Made by a program: the position numbers and the translations under genes. Shown here one piece after another: positions 10,783 through 24,987 of a stretch of DNA of 64,000 bases. The notes below the pieces were generated by a model, which was not told the origin of the DNA, made no database searches, and saw only the letters and a program-made list of their open reading frames with translations. Every line of letters begins with the position of its first letter. Within the stretch, counting starts at the first letter, position 1. Origin of the DNA: Dendrobates tinctorius (Eukaryota). The stretch is taken from contig NW_027361771.1 in the NCBI RefSeq assembly GCF_039654945.1, positions 17,298,001-17,362,000 of the forward strand, written 5' to 3'.

Positions 10783-13700
10783 CCCCTCCATGACCAAGCC
10801 TATTTTGACCTTAATGACCTGGCCATTTTTTGCAATTCTGACCAGTGTCCCTTTATGAGGTAATAACGCAGGAACGCTTCAACGCATCCTAGCGATTCTG
10901 AGATTTTTTTGTGACATATTGGGCTTCATGTTAGTGGTAAATTTAGGTCGATAATTTTGCATTGATCTGTGAAAAAAACGGAAATTTGGTGAAAGTTTTG
11001 AAAATTTCGCAATTTTCAAATTTTGAATTTTTATTCTGTTAAACTAGAGAGTTACGTGACACAAAATAGTCAATAAATAACATTTCCAACATATCTACTT
11101 TACATCAGCACAATTTTGGAAATAATTTTTTTGTTAGGAAGTATAAGGGTTAAAAGTTGACCAGCAATTTCTCATTTTTACAACAAAATTTACAAAACCA
11201 TTTTTTTTAGGGACCACCTGACATTTGAAGTCACTTTGAGGGGTCTATATGGCAGAAAATACCCAAAAGTGACACCATTCTAAAAACTGCATCCCTTAAG
11301 CTGCTCAAAACTACATTCAGGAAGATTACTAACCATTCAGGTGCTTCACAGGAACTAAAGCAATGTGGAAGGAAAAAATGGAAATTTTAATTTTTCCAAC
11401 AAAAATTTTCAGTTAGCATCAATTTTTTCATTTTTACATGGGTAACAGGATAAAATGGATCCTAAAATTTGTTGGGAAATTTCTCCTGAGTACACCGATG
11501 CCTCATATGTGGTCATAAACCACTGTTGGGGTGCACGGCAAGGCTCGGAAGGGAAGGAGCGCCATTTGACTTTTTGAATGGAAAATATGCTGGCATATTT
11601 AGCGGTTGCCATGTCGCATTTGGAGAGTTCCTGTGTGCCTGAACATTGGAGCTTCCCCACAAGTGACCCAATTTTGGAAACTAGACCCTCCAAGGAACTT
11701 ATCTAGATGCATAGTGCGCACTTTGAACCCCCAGGTTCTTCACAAATTGATCCATAAAAAAGTCCTTTTTTTCCACAAAATTTTCATTTACCCTCAATTT
11801 TTTCATTTTCACATGGGCAGCAGGATAAAATCGATCCTAAGAATTGTTGGTCAATTTCTCCTGAGTACACCGATACCTCATATGTGGTCATAAACCACTG
11901 TTTGGGCACATTGCAGGGCCCAGAAGGGAAGGAGCGCCATTTGACTTTTTGAATGGAAAATTAGCTCTAATCGTTAACGGACACCATGTCGCGTTTGGAG
12001 AGCCCCTGTGTGCCTAAACTTTGGAGCTCCCCCACTAGTGACCCCATTTTGGAAACTAGACCACTGTTTGGGTGCATGGCACAGAAGAGAAGGAGCGCCA
12101 TTTTGGAATGCAGACATGGAATGTTCTGCGGGCATCATGTTGCGTTTGTAGAGCCCCTGATGTGCCTAAACAGTAGAAACCCCCCACAAGTGACCCCGTT
12201 TTGGAAACTAGAACTCCCAAGGAGCTTATCTAGATGTGTAGTGAGCACTTTGAACCCCCAAGTGCTTCACAGAAGTTTATAAACGCAGAGCCATGAAAAT
12301 AAAAAAAATCATTTTTCTTTCCTCAAAAATGATTTTTTAGCCCGCTATTTTTAATTTTCCCAATGGTAACAGGATAAATTCGACCCCAAAAGTTGTTGTA
12401 CAGTTTGTCCTGAGTACGCTGGTACCCCATATGTGGAGGGGAACCACTGTTTGGGCGCACGACAGGGCTCAGAAGGGAAGGAGCGTCATTTGACTTTTTG
12501 AATGGAAAATTAGCTCCAATCGTTTGCGGACACCATGTTGTGTTTGGAGAGCCCCTGTGTGCCTAAACTTTGGACCTCCCCCACAAGTGACCCCATTTTG
12601 GATACTAGACCCCCTAAGGAACTTTTCTAGATGCATACTGAGCACTTTGAACCCTCAGGTGCTTCACATAAGTTTATAACGCAGAGCCATGAAAATAAAA
12701 ATATTTTTTTTCCTCAAAAAATGATTTTTTAGCCCGCTATTTTTTATTTTTACAATGGTAACAGGAGAAATTGGACCTCTAAAGTTGTTGTCCAGTTTGT
12801 CCTGAGTAAGTTGGTACCCCATATGTGGGGGGAACCACTGTTTGGGCACACGTCGGGGCTTGAAAGGGAAGTAGTGACGTTTTGAAATGCCGAATTGATG
12901 GAATGGTCTGCGGGCGTCATATTACGTTTGCAGAGCCCCTGATGTGCCTAAACAGTAGAAACTCCCAACAAGTGACCCCATTTTAGAAACTAGACCCCCC
13001 AAGGAACTTATCTAGATGTGTGGTGAGCACTTCGAACCCCCAAGTGCTTCACAGAAGTTTATAACACAGAGCCGTGAACGTAAAAAATCATTTTATTTCC
13101 ACAAAAATAACTTTTTAGCCCCCGATTTTTTATTTTCCAAGGGTACAGGAGAAATTAGACCTCTAAAGTTGTGCAATTTTTCCTGAGTACGCTGATACCC
13201 CATATGTGGGGGTAAACCACTGTTTCGGCACACATCAGTGATCGGAAGGGAGGGAGCACTGTTTGAATATTTGAACGCAAAATTGGCTGGAATAAATGGT
13301 GGTGCCATGTCGCGTTTGGAGACCCCATTATGTGCCTAAACAGTGGAAACCCCTCAATTCTAACTCCAACCCTAATCCCAACCCTAGTCATAACCCTAAC
13401 CACAACACTAACTCCAACCCACCCCTAACCCTAATCTTAACCCTAATCCCAACCCTAACCCTAATTACAACCCTAACCCTATTTCTAACCCTAACCCTAA
13501 TTCCAACCCTAACCCTAATTCCAAATCTAATTGGAAAAATAAAAATATTTTCTTTATTTTATTATTTGTCCCTATCTATGGCGGTGATAAAGGGGGGTTT
13601 ATTTACTTTTTTTTTATTTTGATCACTGTGAGAGTTTATCACAGTGAACAAAATAAAGGAATGAATCTGCAGCGTTGCAGATTCCGGCGGGTGCACTCCA

Positions 13701-14232
13701 AGATGACGGCACCCATGATCCGGGACGGCGGGACACTGGGAGTCAGATCGGTACTCGGAGGGTACTGGGGGGAGCGGAGGTGATCTGCCTGTGGGGGAGC
13801 GGAGGGAAGGGGAGGGGGAGCAGAATGTGATGGCAGTGGCAGATCGCTGCCCTCAGACTGTGGCAGGGGCCGATAGCCCCCACCAGCTGGTGTGGGGAGG
13901 TTCTGATCACGGTCTCCAGCCGTGTCCGATGCTACTGCAGCATCAGCCATGGCTGGATTGTAATATTTCATCAAGTTTTATTGATGAAATATTACTATCG
14001 CTCTGATTGGCTGTTTCACTTTCAACAGCCAATCAGAGCGATCATAGCCACAGGGGGGCTAAGCCATCCCCCGTGGGTAAAGCACAATGGGTGGGTCGGG
14101 TGACCTTTCAGTGACCCCGGTCACCTGACCCGCAGGAGGGTCATTTATACCATGACACCTACGTAGGCATCATGGGTCATAATGGCACAGCTTTTCATGA
14201 TGCCTACATAGGCATCATGGGTCGGGAAGGGG
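10783..14232 (+). mobile_element. piggyBac-like non-autonomous element B
   Basis: TTAA at 10779-10782 and 14233-14236, imperfect TIRs CCCCTCCATGACC / GGTCGGGAAGGGG, same internal units as element A, (CCCTAA)n array at 13358-13530. Confidence 0.8.
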
Positions 14233-14334
14233 TTAAAAAACTGCCAGAGTGTATTACAGCTATATCTGGATTCATTTTGTCACAGCAGTGTGAATATCAC
14301 CCACACATATTTATTATAACGTCTATTATAATCT

Positions 14335-14557
14335 GAGTCAAAGGCCATGATGACGCTACAGAGTGTGATGCAAGAAACTCACAAGTCCCTTGCATCAACA
14401 CCCTGCATTACCGCCAGCACTCAGGACCGGAGCTGCGGCTGCATAGAAATACATGCAGCCAAAATTCCGGTACTGAGTACCGGCGGCAGCACCGTGTGTT
14501 GATGCGAGAGACTCGTGTGAGTTTCTCGAATCACACACAGTAGTGTGATCCCAGACT
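14335..14557. mobile_element. Palindromic MITE (Harbinger-like)
   Basis: Imperfect palindrome centred on gctgcatagaaatacatgcagc, with TAA at the flanks. Confidence 0.55.
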
Positions 14558-14559
14558 AA

Positions 14560-17109
14560 GTGTCAGAATTTCTGGGTCAGCTGAGGGCTGGTGCTATTAG
14601 TCTAGGAAGGCCTTATCAGCCTATTAAGATAAGTCTGCAGCTGTCTCTTTAGCTTTTACTAGTTATTAAAAATATTGGGGACCTCACGTCTTTTTTGGCA
14701 GGTGTCATCTTTTTAATAACCAGTAAAGGCTAAACACATGGCTGTGACATGATATTAATAGGCTAGGAACATTTATTAATATAGGCAGCTACCCAGAACA
14801 ATAACACCAGCCCCATGTTATCTGCTTCCCTCAGTTTTTTATTAAAAATAGGGAAGACCCCACTTAGGTTTTTTCATTCATTTATTTATTTAATAATAAG
14901 TACAGTAAAATACACACCCAATGTAAACTTTTTTTCAGAGTCTCCAACTGTTCCAGCAGCTGGAAAACTCCAGTAACCCTAAAGAGTCCCTCAATGGTTC
15001 CCAAGAAATGCCTTGGCCTCACAGCTACTGGGAGACCAGCTGGCTGTGAACTCTTTTAAGGTTACTTGAGTTAACTGCCATTGTGTCTCAGGGTAGCTCA
15101 AGTGCTGGACTGTTGAATGCCGGAGTGCCGAGTGCCAGACTTGCAGCCATTCATCAGTCTGGCACTGGTGCTGCACAGTGTGAGAACCAGATGCCATGAA
15201 CTCAGGTGATTTTATACTAAAGATACCGCAGTTCACAGGATGGCTCACACAGAGCTTACCATGAGAACAGCCACATACTGTATGATCTGCGGTAACCTTA
15301 ATTACATCACCACTAGTCACTGCAGTCAGATTCTCACGATACTCTGAGTGTGTTCTGGCTGTTGTGCTCATCAGTCACATTACTGATGTCACCGCTCAGC
15401 ACTACATCCGGATGTAGCAGAGTCGGGGATTGTCATGGAACCTCATCATTATGAATTAACGGTGGACAGGTGAGGATTACTTAGATTTTCTTATTTTAAT
15501 GTTAATAAATGGGTGAAAGAGGGTAATTTGTTGTGAGTTCATTTTCCCCTTCACCTTTGATGTCTGATGAACTCCCTCTGTTGGTGAAGAGAGGTAGTGA
15601 AATTGATTGGGATGGGAAGAACCTGTTATCTGAACAGGCAGAGTGTGATTGGACATCTGGAATTTCGGAGTGGATATAAGGCAGCCGACGCCCTGCAGGG
15701 TTTGCTGGTGATCCTTTCTGCTCTGAGCTCTGGCATCCAGTTTTAGTTCCTGTCTACTAAAAGCTAAGTTTTTGCCCTACTACTATTCCATGAGATTTTG
15801 TCTGGTTTCCTTAGTGTTTGTATTCAGCCAGTCCTGGTTGGGACTTTATCAGGTGTCTTCCATAAGGGGAAGATGTCTGGTTCTTGTGTGAAATCCTTTA
15901 CACTATTTGGCCGCCTATAGGTTACCTATAGGTTTCCCCTCTGCTCTGTTTTGTGCTTTCCCTAATCTCTGTCTTGCTGTCTCTGCCTCTGTTTGTCTCC
16001 TTGTCTGCCCTCCATCCTGCCTGGTCCGTGTTCCTTAGCCTTCACTTCTGTCCCACTCCCTAGTCTCTGGCCTTTTCCCAGTCCTGTCCTTTTGCCTGCT
16101 GTCCGTTTGTCTTCCTCGTTGCTTCAGACTCCACTGCTCTGCATCTCTCCTCAGCCGCTCCACAGGGAGCTCCGTACTTTGGTTCTGGTGCAGCCTTCTC
16201 TCCTGTTTGTGGTCTCTCCAGTCCTTTGAGCCGCCCCTCTTGGTTCCAGCAGTCACGGTGTCTGATCGGTTCCACCTGGTGCGCTCGTCCCGGGGGCCTC
16301 AGTTCTGCGACCCAGAGGATCCACTCTCGGACGCTGCCAAAACCCCAGAAGCGTCACACTCTGTGTGTCTTTATCACTTTTGATAACGGGGTTAGTAATG
16401 GGGATGCCTTATAAACACCTCTCCTTTACTAATCTCTGGGATTGATGACAGCAGACATTACAAAGAAACTATTATGTCGCTTGCCAACATACCAGAGAAA
16501 GCGGGAAGAGCTGAGTCTAAGCGCCAGTACTGGTACATCTAATGGATGCACTATTTCTGGGGCGGCTGAGGGCTGATGTTATTAGGCTTGAATGGGGCCC
16601 ATACCAGCCTATTAATATCAGCCTGCAGCTGTCTGCTTTTCCTTAGCTGGTCATTAAAAATAGGGGGACCCCAAGCTAATGTTTTTAGGTTCCCCCCTAT
16701 TTTTAATGGCCAGCTAAGACAAATCAGACAGCTGCTGGCTATTGTTAATAGGCTGGGTAGCTCCATAGTCATTGGTCTTTTTACCAGTCTAAAAATAGCA
16801 ACCCCTTTTCCATCGCCTGGTTTTAAAAAGGAAAGGGACCACAAGTCATTTAAAAAATATATATATTTGTTTTAACTGTCCGGACAATCAAAGCCTTGCT
16901 ATTACTTGACATGGCTGTGACATGGCTGTGATGGAGCGGGAAGTGCCCACAGCCATAAAATTTGTTGATTGGTTGCACGGCAGTCTTTCAACTAGCTTCA
17001 TAAGACTGTCTAACCTGAAAATGAAACTGAAACTGGACAAACATAAGAAGTCTGTGTTCAGGGTCTGGTATGAACCCCAAACTTTCCACTTCGGGTTCCC
17101 TTATCCCTA
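14560..17109. mobile_element. Degraded hAT-type non-autonomous element(s)
   Basis: Right end gggttcccttatcccta. Repeated ctgagggctg..tattag..cagctgtc modules at 14580 and 16566. Confidence 0.4.
15529..16358 (+). mobile_element. Probable solo LTR
   Basis: TGTTGTGA...GTCACA ends, TATA box at 15675, pyrimidine-rich U5-like region. No TSD recognised. Confidence 0.45.
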
Positions 17110-17304
17110 GTCAAGGATAGTATTTGTGTTTCTTTTCATTGAAATATAACAGTATCTTTTATTGCTCTGTGCTCCATAAAATGCATCTGTCTAATATGTA
17201 AAATACTTTAAAAAAAAGTGATTACACAGAGTATTGCTGAAAAACCTTATGATTTTAAATAGTCACATACAGTATATGGCATTTATTTTATTCTGCTTTT
17301 ACAG

Positions 17305-17389
17305 TCAGCACAATCAGTTCCCATATTTAGATCTTTGTATGCACTTGAATCCCAGCCAGGAGACACAAAATGTTTGGCACTGGCGCACA
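17305..17389 (+). CDS. Candidate internal exon of an unidentified host gene
   Basis: Polypyrimidine acceptor ttttattctgcttttacag and donor GTAAGT; two open frames; lies in non-repetitive sequence. Confidence 0.4.
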
Positions 17390-17767
17390 GTAAGTCAATA
17401 TGCTGGTGCACAGTGCACATATTTATCGTACTGTCTACATGTCAGCAATTAGTTAATTATCCCTGCTGCTATGTATAGTGTGATTGTTTGGAAAAGTTTA
17501 GACTGAAGAGAATCTCACCATAAACATTTAATTGTTTATTTTCGGGTGCAAATGTGAGTCTCCAGGAATCTTCATTTATACAAAGAACAGGGTCTAAACT
17601 TTTCCTTGTTAAAGGAACATATAATATCAGTTGTCACAAAAATGACTTCAGCTAAAGGAGATAGAAATATACAGTATTAATATGATCTGAAGCAGCTGAA
17701 AAACAGCATAGGCAATATATATATATATATATATACAGTGAATATATATACAGAATATATATATATA

Positions 17768-19357
17768 CAGTGGGGCAAAAAAGTATTTAGTCAGTCAGCA
17801 ATAGTGCAAGTTCCACCACTTAAAAAGATGAGAGGCGTCTGTAATTTACATCATAGGTAGACCTCAACTATGGGAGACAAACTGAGAAAAAAAAATCCAG
17901 AAAATCACATTGTCTGTTTTTTTTTCATTTTATTTGCATATTATGGTGGAAAATAAGTATTTGGTCAGAAACAAGCAAACAAGATTTCTGGCTCTCACAG
18001 ACCTGTAACTTCTTCTTTAAGAGTCTCCTCTTTCCTCCACTCATTACCTGTAGTAATGGCACCTGTTTAAACTTGTTATCAGTATAAAAAGACACCTGTG
18101 CACACCCTCAAACAGTCTGACTCCAAACTCCACTATGGTGAAGACCAAAGAGCTGTCAAAGGACACCAGAAACAAAATTGTAGCCCTGCACCAGGCTGGG
18201 AAGACTGAATCTGCAATAGCCAACCAGTTTGGAGTGAAGAAATCAACTGTGGGAGCAATAATTAGAAAATGGAAGACATACAAGACCACTGATAATCTCC
18301 CTCGATCTGGTGCTCCACGCAAAATCCGTGGGGTCAGAATGATCACAAGAACGGTGAGCAAAAATCCCCGAACCACGCGGGGGACCTTGTGAATGAACTG
18401 CAGAGAGCTGGGACCAATGTAACAAGGCCTACCATAAGTAACACACTACGCCACCATGGACTCAGATCCTGCAGTGCCAGACGTGTCCCACTGCTTAAGC
18501 CTGTACATGTCCGGGCCCATCTGAAGTTTGCTAGAGAGCATTTGGATGATCCAGAGGAGTTTTGGGAGAATGTCCTATGGTCTGATGGTCTGATGTTTGG
18601 TAGAAACACAACTTGTCGTGTTTGGAGGAAAAAGAATACTGAGTTGCATCCATCAAACACCATACCTACTGTAAAGCATGGTGGTGGAAACATCATGCTT
18701 TGGGGCTGTTTCTCTGCAAAGGGGCCAGGACGACTGATCCGGGTACATGAAAGAATGAATGGGGCCATGTATCGTGAGATTTTGAGTGCAAACCTCCTTC
18801 CATCAGCAAGGGCATTGAAGATGAAACGTGGCTGGGTCTTTCAACATGGCAATGATCCAAAGCACACCGCCAGGGCAACGAAGGAGTGGCTTCGTAAGAA
18901 GCATTTCAAGGTCCTGGAGTGGCCTAGCCAGTCTCCAGATCTCAACCCTATAGAAAACCTTTGGAGGGAGTTGAAAGTCCGTGTTGCCAAGCGAAAAGCC
19001 AAAAACATCACTGCTCTAGAGGAGATCTGCATGGAGGAATGGGCCAACATACCAACAACAGTGTGTGGCAACCTTGTGAAGACTTACAGAAAACGTTTGA
19101 CCTCTGTCATTGCCAACAAAGGATATATCACAAAGTATTGAGATGAAATTTTGTTTCTGACCAAATGCTTATTTTCCACCATAATATGCAAATAAAATGA
19201 AAAAAAAACAGACAATGTGATTTTCTGGATTTTTTTTTCTCAGTTTGTCTCCCATAGTTGAGGTCTACCTATGATGTAAATTACAGACGCCTCTCATCTT
19301 TTTAAGTGGTGGAACTTGCACTATTGCTGACTGACTAAATACTTTTTTGCCCCACTG
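17768..19357 (+). mobile_element. Near full-length Tc1-like transposon in a (TA)n tract
   Basis: About 200-bp near-perfect inverted repeats CAGTGGGGCAAAAAAGTATT..., TA flanks. Confidence 0.95.
18135..19141 (+). pseudogene. Tc1 transposase (frameshifted, second catalytic D changed to G)
   Basis: [39 protein letters not shown]. Split into two ORFs. Confidence 0.9.
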
Positions 19358-20966
19358 TATATATATATACATATATATATATATCTTATATATATGTATA
19401 TATAAAAGCTTGAGATCAAAAGATCAGGCAAGATTCAAAGGACATTCCATTCACAAATAAATTATTCTCCATGAATTTAATGTCCTTTATCATTATATAT
19501 ACTTATGCGTATACTTATACTTAGCTTACAGCTTACCTCTCCCACCCCACTGCTATTAACCGTCACCTGTCCAGTCCTTCTTATCAACAACAGGAGGAAT
19601 CTATGTTAGCACATTAAAGATCACAACATCAGGATGTGCATCCTGACCTTGCACGCACACAGACAGAATTGTCTCGGGCCTCATGATAGATGAAAGTCAA
19701 AGCCTAATGTGAAAAGCCTGAGAGGTATGCTGCAATGATTCAAAGATGAAATGAGGACTGGACGGGTGATGGTGAGAGAGAGAGAGTGAAAGAGATAGAG
19801 TTCATGTCTCCAAGTTTCCAGTGAATTCAATAGGGCAATAGGGTTTGGGTTCTGGTTCAAGTTCTGGTGCCTGAACTAAAGTTTGGAATAATGTTCAGGT
19901 AGGGTACCAGAACCCATACTTCCACGGGTCCACTCTTCCCTAAATGGTGCCTAATGAGTCACCTTTTGTGAAGTTCGAGCTATTGTTATCAGATAGTAAC
20001 TCCTACAGAGAGAAGGATATGTCTCCTGTGTAAAAACCCACCTGAACTTAACTAAAGTTAACTCATTAGTCACCAAATACTTTGATTGTTAATATCTCCA
20101 CAACAGTGACAAAATAAAAAAAAACATTTATCACACTCTGAAGCCGCAATTACATTACATTTTACAATATGTAAAATTTGGTGAAAGGTCCCCTTTAAAG
20201 GGTTTGTCTAACTTTCATTTCAGTTATCTTTCATATCATTTCTCGTCGGTCACTTCCTGCGGCGCTTCCTGCTGTGACGACGAGCGACGGGTGGAGGCGG
20301 GCGGGAGGACGCAGGATCGCCTCGTCTGACAGGTAAGTAGCGACCCCCGTCCCCAGCGATGTTGCTGGTGAGATCTGCCTGTGTGGCAGCTCACTAGCGA
20401 CCACCCAGCGATGCACCAGCGATCCTGACTGCGTCATATCGCTAGTCGGGATCGCTGGTGCATCGCTAGGTGTAACGGTACCCTTAGTAAAGGTGCGCCA
20501 AGCTCCAAAGATAAGTGTGAGGTCCTGGACCTAGCAGCTCCACTTCCTGCTTGTGTTGGATTCAGGGTAGAATCTGCTATGTCTCCTGTGTCAGCACATG
20601 TTCAGTGCTGTATGTGAAGTGGGGTTGATTGAATGATTTATTTCAATAGCTAAGTAGATCCTTCTCTGGAGCAACTTATATATAGACATCCTGTAAAGGG
20701 AGCCCCCATAGTTATTGAAATGAGAAAGTCCACTTTACACAGAATCTTTCTAAATAAGCAATCATATTTTCTTTAGACATAGCATTAACTTATTAGGTTG
20801 ATATTTTATTTTCTAAGTCTGAGCACTAATCACAGAGACAATTTATTTTTATTACTTAAATGTACTCACCAAAAAAATTCAGATAAATAATTTTTACATC
20901 AATTATTAGAAAAGAAACTACAGATTGTGGTTATTATTATTATTATAGAACTTTTTATTCTTACAG

Positions 20967-20989
20967 ATGGAGAGGTCACTAAATTTTAA
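20967..20989 (+). CDS. Candidate last coding exon (..NGEVTKF*) followed by AT-rich putative 3' UTR
   Basis: Acceptor ctttttattcttacag, phase-compatible with 17305-17389. Several AATAAA downstream (about 21207, 21362, 21892, 22258). Confidence 0.35.
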
Positions 20990-22922
20990 ACTCTGTTCAC
21001 ATCAGATCATTACATTTGCTTCTAGTGGTGCTACAACATCTATGTCAGATGGGTTTTCATGGTCCAAGAGTTTTTCGGCTCCATGATGACTCGGTTAGAC
21101 CCCCCCACAAGTTCCAAAGCCATAGAAAATCCAAGATTCCGAGGCACCAGAGAAAACGGCTGTAATTTTTATTGTACAGGGTGGGCCATTTATATGGATA
21201 CACCTAAATAAAATAGGAATGGTTGGTGATTTATAAATGGCCCACCCAGGTGTATCCATATAAATGGCCCACCCTGTACTTCTGGCTTGAAAGGGCCAAA
21301 ACATTGCGTCACTTGTCTACCTCAATTGTATTTCACCGTGTGATTTTTGAGGAACAAATGGAATAAAGGTTATGTTTTATTCCCATTTTCTTTGGTGCCT
21401 CGGTATCTTGGATGTTCAGATGGGTTTTCAAATAGATATGGGAAAAATATTAACAGACTCCATAGACTTTGGTAGGACTTGGATATTCCATGATATACTG
21501 TAGCAATGCTAGATGTTATTGATATTGATATTCCTCTTTTGTCATGCTGGAAGTTGTGCATTGTTGTTTGTATTTCTGCATAGTTTCATAATTATGTTTA
21601 TGTGCAGTTGCTGATATTTCCAACCTTCACTTTATGGCTGTTTGATAATGCTTCCAGGTAAATCAATGGAAATAGGTTGAGGCATACTACAGTTTTGGCT
21701 CTTTTTTGGCAGGGTATCTTTGCCTCTTCAATGCTAACATTTTAAGGCACTAAAGCTGTTAAAGGAAGTTAATGCGTGGGGTATATTTTATAAGCACACA
21801 AACTCACTCTCCGTGATTTATAATTTCGTAATTTGTAAATTCGTTGAAGGAAGAATTTACTCACGACATTGTCTTTTTGACTTTTTTTTTAAATAAATTT
21901 CATGCATGTTGCTAAATGTATAGTCTTCAAACTAAAATGTTGAATATGTTGTATAGGCAATAAGTTCTACCATACGTGTAAGCTACTCAAATGGTGACAG
22001 CAGGACACAAAGGGTGTTTGAAGACAAGTTCAAGAATAGCAGAGGAGTTACTTCTAAATTATTTAATGAATCAGAACAGAATAATGGACCACCATGAGGT
22101 TCATTGATGGACACGCACTTTCCTTTCGTCTGACTTATGCTAAAAAAGAAATACATCCTTGACCTGACTCCCACTGCAGACATTGTCAGCATTTAGTTAT
22201 ATTTTGAGTATTACAAGCTTATAGCAAGTAATTATTACAGTATATTGTCACATTTCCAATAAACTAATATCCAGCTATGCATATACAAATGTTAAGTTCC
22301 ATAAATCTCATGTCGCTGTTGCATTTTTTTCTTTCTTGTATACAATCATAAGTACAGTAACATATAATCCCAATTGAATTCATTTTGTGCTGTGTGCATA
22401 TCCATATTAGCTACTGAGCCTAATGCTTACAGAATTTACATAAATAATTAATATTGAGAAATGGCTGACCAAGTCCTGACAAAATTTTACTAACATATAG
22501 ACCAGATAAGTAGATGAAAAATTATATTTGAAAGTAAAATTTGATGAATTATATCTATATTCACATTTCTAATCAAAACTAGAGATCCAAGTTAAATTCA
22601 AGTAAACCTTATAGATAGAGATGATTGAATTGTTTGGAATTCGAATTCGCTGGCTTCACCAAATTTTCTCATAGAGTGAAAACACTAGCCTAAAGTTGTC
22701 ATGAAAACAGGTTTATAACACTCGAAGGCCTAATTGTACTGTATTAAACTTCCTTTGAACACAGTCTTATTAATGTCTTAAGTAACTTATCTGGATGTGG
22801 AAAAATAGATAGTAACCATTGATAGCAACCAATCTATTTAACACCACACTGCAGTATCAAACATTTTAGGCTAATTAAATTGTACAAATAGTAAAAAAAA
22901 TATCTGTTTTTGGGGACACAAC

Positions 22923-23766
22923 TGTTAGGAACGGCGGAACGCACTAAATAAATAAATAATAAAGTGCTTTCGCCGCTCAGGGTCCACCGTGCAGAAGGTG
23001 TAAACACTGCTGCAAAATAATGGCAGACGCGCAAAATGGCGGTAAAATGCGCACGGGTTAAACGTCACCCGATGTGCCCGGAGCGGACTATGTTAGCTCA
23101 CAGAGGTGCCGTAACATAAACATAAACGCTGAGCCTGTTAGACTCACAGGTCTCAGTGGAATTGCACACACGATATCAGCTCACAGGACACGGGCCCAAG
23201 ACTGGGGTCGGTGTCCGTCTAGACCTACCGTGTGTGTGGCGTTGCTACCGCGGACACCGGTAAGTGCTGCTGACTGCAGCGCGGCGGCAGACTCAGCCGC
23301 TATGCGATAGTGCAGTATGAGACGTGACACCATCGGATGCAAGTATAGAGGTGCGGTGTGCACTGTGGCCTATGGCTTGCCACTGACTGGCGCTGACTCT
23401 TTCTTTAGTTCCCTATCCATGTGCATAATATCAGAGGGAGGGGAATCATAATAAGTCAGTCACCAGAATCATACATCCATCACCATTCACACATCTAGCA
23501 AGGAGAGTCTATACTAGTGCATGGCCGAGCGGCCATGCGAGCCTTTTATAGCCGTGCGCTGCCGGGACCTTCCAGATCTCTGAGATGGACCAATCAGATC
23601 TGGAGAAGGACCTGAGGATGTGACTCCCGACCTCCAATGGGGGATCATCTCGTGAGCGTGCTCAGTGGAGCTGCAGAGGGACTTAGCCACAGGAATGGCT
23701 TGTTGCAGGGCAGCATGTAAGGCTCTGGATTCCTGTTGTTCCGCTGCAGGAATCTGATGCCTAATA
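22923..23766 (-). repeat. 3' LTR of the sushi-type element
   Basis: TGTTAGG...CCTAATA ends, TATA box (reverse complement of cttttatagc at 23543-23552), highly similar to the split 5' LTR. Confidence 0.9.
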
Positions 23767-23812
23767 TTGCCCCCCCTCCTAGGGCCCCCTCCCTCCTGAG
23801 CCTTCCAATCCA

Positions 23813-24987
23813 CTAAAGTTTTTTGCCACGTACCACCTTGTGTCCCACAGGGGCATAGGCCTCAGGCTCATCCGAAGACAAGTCTGATGCCCCAGCAGAT
23901 GACTTGGAAAACCGGGACATGTGAACAGGTTTGAGAAGGGACACGTGGAAGGCGTCAGGGATGGCTAAGTCGCCAGGAGCAGAAGTTGGAGCGGGGCGCC
24001 AATGTGTGTCGGCGAGCGTCTTCATTCTCATTTTAGAGGTTTGAGTGACATGCGGGGTGCGACCCAGACTGTCGCGAACCTCCATTGCCCGGTCTGCCAC
24101 CGGCAGGGAATACAGTAACCCAGCCGGCCTCTGTTTAGAGGAGCTGCTCCGAGCACAAGAGGCGCATGCCTGAATGTATTTTTTAGTGTCCCGAGCACTG
24201 TGCAGAGACAAATAAGACCTTGCCAGGAGTTTTGTGGTCCTCTTGTAACCAAAATGAGCACCCACCCTGGACGCGTGTGCCCACGCGAGAACCTTGAGCT
24301 GCAGGTGAGGCAGGACAAAGGTCTTGCCCGTCGGCACTGGCTCAGGGATGACCGGAACCATGGACCCAGATTCCGAGTGAGGGGCACGGAAAGATCCACG
24401 GGCACCCTCACAGAGGCTACTTGGACACTGCCCCCCATGCACCTTCCCACACAGTCCTTGCTCCAGCCCAGTATACTCCCCGAGGGCCACTTTATATGAG
24501 GGGAGTGGCAACGGAGCCAGGGGAGTCCGAGAAGCACCTGGTCGATGCCCTTTGGCATAATGAGCAGGGACAGCGCCTCGTGATGAGACGGGGAGATTGA
24601 GAACCCCAGGGGTGCTGTCTGGTGGGTAATCTGAGATGATAAGGTAGATCCGTTAACCACCCTAACGGTCACGGGGTGAGGAAGTGGCACCAGTGGAATA
24701 GCGTGCTTTTGGGCGAAAGCCGAAGACATAAAATTTCCTTCTGCCCCAGAGTACACCGTGACCTCTATCTCCCAGGTGGAAGCTCCACTGTCTAACGTCC
24801 CTCGGAATACCGGTTTGGAGGAGAAGGTTTTCATATTAGGTAGATCCCCACCAACCACTATGGGAGGTGAACATTTTTTCGATCGCTGCGGACACCTGTT
24901 AGCCAGGTGGCCAGACTGTCGACACAAGTAACAGCATGTGGATCCCTGTGCCGGACACGGTTTGGGACCGGTACGAGTCACATCCAT
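23813..24987 (-). pseudogene. Gag Zn knuckle, protease and integrase/chromodomain remnants
   Basis: CYLCRQSGHLANRC; VYSGAEGNF (degenerate DSGA) and LLGLPWLR; HASRVGAHFG..CASC; FHVSLLKP. Confidence 0.8.

Noticed and set aside
21976-22180. GPS-like motif (C.HHLSS) or minus-strand exons
   Set aside because: Needs a frameshift, lacks the conserved Trp residues, and the implied intron is too short.
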